From positions 19,470,001 to 19,534,000 of the forward strand of contig OZ249436.1 of NCBI GenBank assembly GCA_965235115.1: a stretch of 64,000 bases of DNA, written 5' to 3'. The position numbers were made by a program, and so were the translations under genes. Origin of the DNA: Laetmonice hystrix. Its lineage: Eukaryota. This document shows positions 1-8,636 of this stretch, in pieces. Every line of letters starts with the position of its first letter. Position 1 is the stretch's first letter. The notes under the pieces are model-generated. The model was not told where the DNA came from. It made no database searches and saw only the letters and a program-made list of their open reading frames with translations.

Positions 1-240
1 CACAACATCCGCAGTTAGTAACAACATGCACACATTTCATTAATCTGGTAGAAATAAACAAATAATTATTAATAAGATATCTCACAGATTCTTAAGTCTT
101 TTTGGGTTTTTTTCGTTGTTTTTTTTCTGTTTTTTTTTTTTTTTTTTTTTTTTTGGGGGGGGGGGGGGTTGTGGGTGGGGACATGCATGATGAAGGATTT
201 CTATGTTCATGTTGCCGCTGTGTGGCGCTGTTGTACGTAC

Positions 241-370
241 CTGCGTTCTTAGCGATAGCTCCGATGATTACTGCAGGGATAGCCATCACCACACAGCCGA
301 AGGCTGCGATATATGAGAGGAGCTGGGCTCTCAGTGCCGACTTGGACGACAACACACGCTGGAAGTATAC
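241..370 (-). CDS. SLC5A7: CHT1-like coding exon 6 (gene continues beyond the left edge of the window)
   Basis: [43 protein letters not shown]. tttcag| acceptor, G|gtacgt donor, 130 nt, phase 0-1. The remaining C-terminal half of CHT1 is not in the window. Confidence 0.94.
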
Positions 371-780
371 CTGAAACACCACCAGGGGGCAGGCCAATCG
401 GCATCAGTCACGTCTTTATACAAACAGCGCGGCTTGGGCCTACAGGGGTGTCAGAAAAAGGGGCAGGGCAAGGGGGTATGCCTGCCACAAATATTTGAGG
501 TGCCCCCAATTAACTAGGTATTTTAAGACACTTTTTAAACCTCTTGAAGTAGGCCCCTAAAACACTTATCTTCAGTCGTACTCTGCTTCATATTTTTGGT
601 GAATTGTTCTAACAGATTACCCACATTTTCTAATATGGTGGTCCCATAATCTGCTACTGGCTGGTGAGGGATGTGGTGTGGGTGTGGGGTGAGGGGGTGG
701 GTGTGAGGTTGAGGGTTGGGGTGAGGGGGTGGGGGTGGGGTGAGGCGGTGAGGGTTGGGGTGAGGGTCTGGGGTGGGTGT

Positions 781-1100
781 ACTAACCTGCCACGGTATCC
801 CCCCCAAAGATGAGCAGTAGTGCCGTGTCCAGCCAGGTGTCGGTGTGAGTGACGAGGTTGGGGTGGGGTGTGGGTGTGGGGTGAGGGGATGGGGTGGGGG
901 TGAGTACTAACCTGCCACGGTATCCCTCCAAAGATGAGCAGTAGTGCCGTGTCCAGCCAGGTGTCGGTGTGAGTGATGAGGTTGGGGTGGGGTGTGGGTG
1001 TGTGTGGGGTGTGGGTGTGGGGTGAGGGGATGGGGTTGGGGTGAGTACTAACCTGCCACGGTATCCCTCCAAAGATGAGCAGTAGTCCCGTGTCCAGCCA
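781..1100 (-). repeat. Triplicated exon-5 3' end plus splice donor (periods 141 and 125 bp)
   Basis: Three copies of the WLDT(A/G)[17 protein letters not shown] segment followed by CAG|GTTAGT (GT at 1051-52, 910-11, 785-86), separated by G/T-rich spacers. Confidence 0.9.
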
Positions 1101-1202
1101 GATGCCCGTGTCGCTTACATTCAGTTCACCGATCCATTCCGTGGCGTTAAACCGGATGTCCTGAACCAAAGGGTTCACCATAGCAAACGGCACGGTCAGC
1201 CA
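1053..1202 (-). CDS. SLC5A7: CHT1-like coding exon 5
   Basis: [50 protein letters not shown]. attcag| acceptor, CAG|gttagt donor, 150 nt, phase 0-0. Both junctions lie inside tandem repeats. Confidence 0.92.
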
Positions 1203-1932
1203 CTGAATCCGAGACAAACAACGTGAACAACACAAGTCATTTAGGTAATCGTGAGATATAGCAAACGGCACGGTCAGCCACTGAATCCGAGACAAACAAC
1301 GTGAACAACACAAGTCAGGTAATCGTGAGATATAGCAAACGGCACGGTCAGCCACTGAATCCGAGACAAACAACGTGAACAACACAAGTCATTTAGGTAA
1401 TCGTGAGATATAGCAAACGGCACGGTCAGCCACTGAATCCGAGACAAACAACGTGAACAACACAAGTCAGGTAATCGTGAGATATAGCAAACGGCACGGT
1501 CAGCCACTGAATCCGAGACAAACAACGTGAACAACACAAGTCAGGTAATCGTGAGATATAGCAAACGGCACGGTCAGCCACTGAATCCGAGACAAACAAC
1601 GTGAACAACACAAGTCAGGTAATCGTGAGATATAGCAAACGGCACGGTCAGCCACTGAATCCGAGACAAACAACGTGAACAACACAAGTCAGGTAATCGT
1701 GAGATATAGCAAACGGCACGGTCAGCCACTGAATCCGAGACAAACAACGTGAACAACACAAGCCAGGTAATCGTGAGATATAGCAAACGGCACGGTCAGC
1801 CACTGAATCCGAGACAAACAACGTGAACAACACAAGTCATTTAGGTAATCGTGAGATATAGCAAACGGCACGGTCAGCCACTGAATCCGAGACAAACAAC
1901 GTGAACAACACAAGTCAGGTAATCGTGAGATA
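1180..1932 (-). repeat. 74/78-bp tandem array spanning the exon-5 splice acceptor, 10 copies
   Basis: Unit = intron end + CAG + first ~23 nt of exon 5. Acceptor AGs at 1203, 1281, 1355, 1433, 1507, 1581, 1655, 1729, 1803 and 1881. Confidence 0.95.
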
Positions 1933-2219
1933 TCTAAATCTGGCTGCTATTACAAGGTGATCACAGTTCTCACAGCAAGTGTACGCTCTTCTCTCGCCTT
2001 CTTCAACTCTTACGTTTTCTTTTCAAGATGCGAACTCCAAAATCATTACAATTTTTATAGAGAAGAGTGAGCACACATATTAAGCAGCGAAAAGGATCCC
2101 TTATGGATGTTTTCTTGCGATCTACTTGGATCTCAACGTGTATTATGTGGTGTGAAAGTCCTAGAGTTGTAATCAGATTGCCCACTCAGACCATAACGAG
2201 ACGAGGATGGTGTACTGAC

Positions 2220-2368
2220 CAGGCCGACGAAGATACAGAAGAGTTGGATGACGTCAGTGTAGGCCACCGAGTAGAGACCTCCAAACAAGGTGTATGTGAT
2301 GGCGATACAAGCCGAGATGATGACAGCTGTCGTGTTCCCGAGGTCAATGATCACTGACAGTGTCGCTC
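2220..2368 (-). CDS. SLC5A7: CHT1-like coding exon 4
   Basis: [49 protein letters not shown], containing the SSS-family [12 protein letters not shown] motif. ttatag| acceptor, |gtcagt donor, 149 nt, phase 1-0. Confidence 0.95.
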
Positions 2369-2592
2369 CTATAACCAAAACACAACAATCAATCACATAT
2401 AATGGCGGGGACTAATAAGTGAATGTATGATTTTAATTAGGAGTTGCTAAAGGTATTTATTTTAGCATTAAACCATACCGATTTGGGGGTTGGATGTTGG
2501 GTGAGTGGCAGAGATATAAGATATATTTAGTGGCTGAGAACAACATAAGTTTGTTTTCCTGTACAAGATATACAAACAATGTCAGGTCTCAC

Positions 2593-2748
2593 CTAAAGCC
2601 GAGAGGATGGCAGCAGACCAGAACACTTCCCCTAGTAACGCTGGGATGTAGAGCAGGCCGCCCATACGCTCGCCGTACTTACGCTGGAACGGGTCTAACA
2701 TAGTCACGTACCCTTCGGATCTCATCTTGCTAGCGAAGAAAAAACCTC
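2593..2748 (-). CDS. SLC5A7: CHT1-like coding exon 3
   Basis: [51 protein letters not shown]. tttcag| acceptor, |gtgag donor, 156 nt, phase 1-1. Confidence 0.95.
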
Positions 2749-3053
2749 CTGAAACACAAAATGGTGGTTGCCATGGTTATCAGCAGTGATTTCTCCATTC
2801 AATTGTTAAGGTATTTTTGTTCCTATAATGAAAAAGTAAAACTCTTTTATTATTTTTTGTTGTTTTTTGCAAGCCTTTTCTAAGTAGGCTATAATCTCAA
2901 CAATAGCTCAAGAAGTCTACCTATTATTCAGTTTTTAAGTAAAAATCTTTTAAGTAGGTCAGCCGAAAGTAAACTCAAGGAGAACATTACAGAATCCATG
3001 TTCAAACAGACGCGGTCTGTTTTGTTGGGTTGATTTGAGAGAATGCTACTTAC

Positions 3054-3161
3054 CAAAGACAAGACTGAGGGCATATCCGAAAGGCGCTTGGCACCAAACG
3101 AGACCGGATGAAAATATGATTTCTGCTGTACCATTTATGTATCCACCACCCACCCATGTAG
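3054..3161 (-). CDS. SLC5A7: CHT1-like coding exon 2
   Basis: (A)[35 protein letters not shown](G), containing the diagnostic [13 protein letters not shown] motif. ttccag| acceptor, |gtaagt donor, 108 nt, phase 1-1. Confidence 0.95.
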
Positions 3162-3620
3162 CTGGAATAAAAATCAGAACACAATTTCTGTGAGTAAAAT
3201 ACGATTCTACCTCAGAACCACCAAGGTCATTGCGGAGAAAGCATATTGCACCAGTTTGCCGCTAGACGGCAGCACATTCCCCCATGTGCCGACCGCCGTC
3301 GGCACCGCCACACAATGCGGGGATCTCAACATTCATCAGGACGACGTCGTTCCGGTTCTAACGAGCTCTAATTGAAGGGTTGGTCGGGAAATCACAAACC
3401 TCAACTCCTGAACGACTCACACGGACAATTTCTCATTGACAAGTCGACAATCTATGGTCGTAGTCGGAAACTTAATGCACAGTTGGAGGGCCGTGTACCG
3501 TGAAAAGTGGCTGAGAAATCGGTCGTAACGAAATTTACGGTCACTCAGACAGGGGAAGGAAGGGACGACGAGGGTTAACATGGGTTCTAACAACAGCGGA
3601 ACAGAACAGCTATTTCTCGA

Positions 3621-4205
3621 CACAACCTGAGGCAGACCGCGGGGATCTCAATCAGCTAGCCTAGACAACCTGAGACAGACCACGGGGATCTCAATCAGCT
3701 AGCCTAGACAACCTGAGGCAGACCACGGGGATCTCAATGAGCTAGCCTAGACAACCTGGGACAGACCACGGGGATCTCAATCAGCTAGCCTAGACAACCC
3801 GAGGCAGACCACGGGGATCTCAATCAGCTAGCCTAGACAACCCGAGGCAGACCACGGGGATCTCAATCAGCTAGCTTAGACAACCTGAGACAGACCACGG
3901 GGATCTCAATCAGCTAGCCTAGACAACCTGAGGCAGACCACGGGGATCTCAATGAGCTAGCCTAGACAACCTGAGGCACACCACGGGGATCTCAATCAGC
4001 TAGCCTAGACAACCTGAGGCAGACCACGGGGATCTCAATCAGCTAGCCTAGACAACCTGAGGCAGACCACGGGGATCTCAATCAGCTAGCCTAGACAACC
4101 TGAGGCAGACCACGGGGATCTCAATCAGCTAGCCTAGACAACCCGAGGCAGACCACGGGGATCTCAATCAGCTAGCCTAGACAACCTGAGGCAGACACGG
4201 GGATC
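3621..4205. repeat. 43-bp minisatellite, ~13 copies (CHT1 intron)
   Basis: Unit gacaacctgaggcagaccacggggatctcaatcagctagccta. Confidence 0.95.
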
Positions 4206-5320
4206 CCAAACAGTTAAAACTCTGGTAAAATGATGTTGAAAATAATTATTCTCAAACAAATAGGCTAAAGCAATTATATAAACTTTGAATTGGTCTGAAA
4301 CCTACGGCACATCCAGGAAGGGGGTGGGATTCGGTATGAAGCCAGACCTCGAACTTCACTAACTGTCGAGGAGTCACATCCATTTTTCTCCCGCTCGATC
4401 CACACATAATTATGCCAGCATGTGATGGCTACGACTAAATAATTCTTCATTTTATTTTGGTTGGCTCTAGAAGATGCTGATTGGTTCAATCTCATGTTAA
4501 CCAAAATTTAATGGTGGCTTCAGACAACGCGAGATTCAGTGAGAATCATGATCTCGGTATGACGCTCGCGGAGAGTTATGGAGAGTTATATGCTGGTTAC
4601 GGGAGGCCTAGGCTGGTCGCTGGGGGTGGGGTGGGAGGTGGGGGGTGATACTCAGCCAGAGAGCCAAACGGCCGGTCATGCTACATGTCCATTGTCCCAG
4701 ACAACTGAGCGAGGGACACGAGAGCCTCTCTCTGGATCTACGGCGAACACGGGTCACGTGACCATCAGTGAGATTACGTGACGGGTTATCGCAAGTTTCC
4801 AGACTGGTCATTCTCCCTAACTCTCGAACTCTCGGCGGGTCAGCGGTGGGGTGGGGAGGTCAATACAGGATCTCACGCTTCTGTCATTTCTATTCTACCA
4901 CTCTAATAGGGAGCGTCATGTCATGTCATGTGAACATACACCTCTCCAAAATATTTCTTTTGACAATTAATCAAGGTATAACAAGGTATGAAATGTATTT
5001 TTATAACATAAGAGATGTTGGTTCTGCTGCATAGTAAGTTTGATAAGAAAGAGAACAATAAATCTGGACGGGTTGAAGTTGAGAGGTTTCTTTTCAATGG
5101 CCATATACCAATGCTAAATGACCGGAACCGGAATTTGTCTGTCGCCAGTTTGCGCCTCCAAACCGCATTTCTCGTCGAATCGCGCATTGTAACGTGACAT
5201 ACTAAACTCGGAAACCACTTCTCCCCTTACATTACTTCTCTGTAATTGGTGTCATTCGTATATTAATATCACCACTCCCGACTCCACCGGCATATCCAAT
5301 TCATTGTCTTCAACCCTCAC

Positions 5321-5486
5321 CTGTCATAGTGAATACTCCCACGATCATTCCGATGTTTCTCCCTGCTAGCATCACATCCTCGCTGTCCGGTTCACCGCGA
5401 GACTTCCTGGCCGCCCAGCATCCTACCAGCAGGATGAGGAGGTAGAAGAAGACGATAGCGATCAAACCACCAATGTGAACTCCCAT
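5321..5486 (-). CDS. SLC5A7: High-affinity choline transporter 1 (SLC5A7/CHT1-like), coding exon 1 (exon starts at 5512, 26 nt before the ATG)
   Basis: Translates [55 protein letters not shown], closely matching the CHT1 N-terminus (GLIAII.FYLLIL.VG.WAA...GR.IG..VG.FTMTA). Acceptor ttgcag|GC at 5513-5514, donor G|gtgag at 5319-5320, phase 1. Confidence 0.93.
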
Positions 5487-6103
5487 CCTGCGTCTGGGGT
5501 TGTACAACGTGCCTGCAACACACAAACCACCAATGTCAACTCCCATCCTGGGTGTACAACGTGCCTGTAACACACAAACCACCAATGTCAACTCCCATCC
5601 TGCGTCTGGGGTTGTACAAAGTGCCTGTAACACACAAACCACCAATGTCAACTCCCATCCTGGGTGTACAACGTGCCTGTAACACACAAACCACCAATGT
5701 CAACTCCCATCCTGTGTCTGGGGTGGTACAACGTGCCTGTAACACACAAACCACCAATGTCAACTCCCATCCTGCGTCTGGGGTTGTACAAAGTGCCTGT
5801 AACACACAAACCACCAATGTGAATTCCTATCCTGGGTCTGGGGTGGTACAACGTGCCTGTAACACACAAACCACCAAGGTGAACTCCCATCCTGGGTATG
5901 GGGGTGTACAAAGTGCCTGTAACACACAAACCACCAATGTGAACTCCCATCCTGGGTGTACAACGTGCCTGTAACACACAAACCACCAATGTGAACTCCC
6001 ATCCTGGGTATGGGGGTGTACAAAGTGCATGTAATATACAAACCACCCCATCCGGGGCCTAGGGGTGTAGGCTACAACGTGCCCGTAACACACAAACCAC
6101 CAA
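5463..6103 (-). repeat. 52/60-bp tandem array spanning the first coding exon acceptor and start codon, ~10 copies
   Basis: Each unit carries tgt(g/t)t(a/g)cag|GCAC...ATGGGAGTT(G/C)ACATTGGTGGTTTG (MGV[DH]IGGL). ATGs at 5486, 5546, 5598, 5658, 5710, 5770, 5890, 5950, 6002; the copy at 5830 is ATA. Confidence 0.93.
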
Positions 6104-6496
6104 CTCTCTAAAACTGTGTTATCATCTCAGCGTTCACACACACATACACTGTGCACACATGAACAACGGGCCAAAAATTATTTAAAACCACGCAACAACA
6201 CAGTAGTACGAGCCGAGAAATTGATGAAGGGGGTCGGTTGATGATATTTTTTGCGTCACGGTGGCCAACATCTCAAACAACCTTCATGAAGGAGGGGCAA
6301 TGGTAACATTCAGCTTTTGAAATCTTTTAATATCAGCTCGTCATTCTAAGAGATAACAGACTTGAAATAATTGGTTATGGCACTGAGTGGAAGCCTAAAT
6401 AATGAGTGAATTGGTTATGCCTCTGAGTGAAAAACTACATAATTGGTCGACTGGTTGTTGTCAGAAATTCAATGTCAGATAGTCAGTGGCCCTGCC

Positions 6497-6795
6497 GGAC
6501 TGTGACGTTAAACGGTTAGCGACCTTGACCGACGTGTGACGTCAAAATCAGTCACGGACTGACTGTGACGTCAAATATAGTGGCCCTGTCTGACTGTGGC
6601 GTCAAATATTCACTAGCCCTGACTAACTGTGACGTCAAATAGTTAGTGACCTTACCTGACTGTGACGTCAAATAGTTACTGACTGACTGTGACGTCAAAT
6701 ATAGTGGCCCTGTCTGACTGTGGCGTCAAATATTCACTAGCCCTGACTAACTGTGACGTCAAATAGTTAGTGACCTTGCCTGACTGTGACGGCAA
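6497..6795. promoter_or_regulatory. Degenerate ~30-bp repeat carrying six perfect CRE palindromes (TGACGTCA)
   Basis: TGACGTCA at 6537, 6566, 6630, 6663, 6690 and 6754, plus variants TGGCGTCA x2, TGACGTTA and TGACGGCA. ~124-bp higher-order duplication. A regulatory role is only inferred. Confidence 0.5.
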
Positions 6796-8171
6796 CTAGG
6801 GGATTGGCTATGGTGATAAGCTTATCAGATGAAACATGACTCATTCCGGATCATCCAGGAACACTGCCCTTATATGGGTTTATCTCATTACCCTTAAAGA
6901 AGTTGAAACCAGCTCATCCTTATATTCCCTGCAGTCACTGGTATTGGCCAGTCGATATCACCATGGCAACTGTAACCATGGCGACGCTATACGTGCTTTG
7001 ATGATGCGGTCCGCTATGTGGACTGTACATTTGTTCTCTTCTCTCAAGACAGACCCAGATCAATACAGTAGGGGGGTGCGATGGGGTGGGGATGAGAGGG
7101 GTAGCTGAGCTGACCCCGTGAGAAGGGGTGGCCCTTGCCAAGCTTGCTCTCCCCTGATATCAGGGGTCTGACAGCGGCGTGTCACCGACCTGCAGACGAG
7201 GTCACCAGCCAACACAACCATTAGCATGATGCCGCTGTAAACATATTTTATCTAACATCCCAAGCTCGTACGTAGCCTTCACAAATTGCCATACCACTTC
7301 AAACAAAGGTTATCCAGCCTACCAAACATTTAACTGACGGAATGGGGTGACTACCTTATAATCTGATCGCGTCTCCTTCCACCAGTTTCAGACACGATAT
7401 TCCTGTTTATTTCCACGGTAACACTGATGATTTGATCTTCCTGCTCACGCAGGAAGACACATCACAGACCGTGTTCCCATGTGGTCAGTTTGAATGCCCA
7501 CTGAATCAGTGACCGGTGAGTGACCAGTGGGTTCCCTGGTCTGTGGCACCAGTGACCAACGTCGTCTATCGGCAGGTTCCGGGACCACGGCCCACCGGGC
7601 GTGTATTTATCACTCACTCCGCCAGATGTCGCTGTTGTAAACAAGCCCACCATTTACTTAATGGTTCCTGGTGATCGGTCACTGCCCGGGGGGTGGGATG
7701 GCCGGGGGGGGGGGGGCACCTGACTAATCAACCAGCAGGCAGGAGGGCACCTTGCCCCAGGGGCACCTTGCCCCAGACTGAAAGGTACATCTCCACACCT
7801 TGAATCAAAATAGATAAACCATTTATTTGTTTTGACCTAAAAATTTAGAAGGGCTACACTGAATGCTCATTACTCTAGGTATCTGAGCTCTCTTAGCTGA
7901 ACTCCACCGCCATCCACCAATGAAACACCCCCTCCGGGCTCAGCTCGCATCTTCTGCCGTGTCTTGAATTCCTAGATGTTCTACTACATGTCTCAATCAG
8001 GATAATAACCAGTAATTCCTGGCTTCAATTAGGATCCTCTTGTCTGTGTCTATTGTATCTGTATCTGGCTGCGTGTACTCAGTGTCCTCCCCCTCCCCAT
8101 CCTGTACGGTAGCACGCGTGGGAACGTGATCACCTGGGATACAGAAAGTGTTTTACTTCGTTATTTAAAAA

Positions 8172-8636
8172 TGTAGGAGGCCGTGGTTCCTGTCAGTGTC
8201 GTTAGGTGACGTTAGTAAAACATGATGTAGGCCTACTGTGGTAGCCTTGACAGGTGAGTTGTGTAGGAGGCCGTGGTTCCTGTCAGTGTCGTTAGGTGAC
8301 GTTAGTAAAACATGATGTAGGCCTACTGTGGTAGCCTTGACAGGTGAGTTGTGTAGGAGGCCGTGGTTCCTGTCAGTGTCGTTAGGTGACGTTAGTAAAA
8401 CATGATGTAGGCCTACTGTGGTAGCCTTGACAGGTGAGTTGTGTAGGAGGCCGTGGTTCCTGTCAGTGTCGTTAGGTGACGTTAGTAAAACATGATGTAG
8501 GCCTACTGTCGTAGCCTTGACAGGTGAGTGGTGTAGGAGGCCGTGGTTCCTGTCAGTGTCGTTAGGTGACGTTAGTAAAACATGATGTAGGCCTACTGTG
8601 GTAGCCTTGACAGGTGAGTTGTGTAGGAGGCCGTGG
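8172..8636. repeat. 90-bp tandem array, ~5 copies
   Basis: Near-identical units gtgtaggaggccgtgg...ccttgacaggtgagtt. Contains CAG|GTGAGT on +. Confidence 0.95.

Noticed and set aside
92..240. Poly-Pro/poly-Lys tail on the CHT1 exon-6 ORF
   Set aside because: Intron read-through past the donor at 239-240 into poly-G/poly-T tracts.
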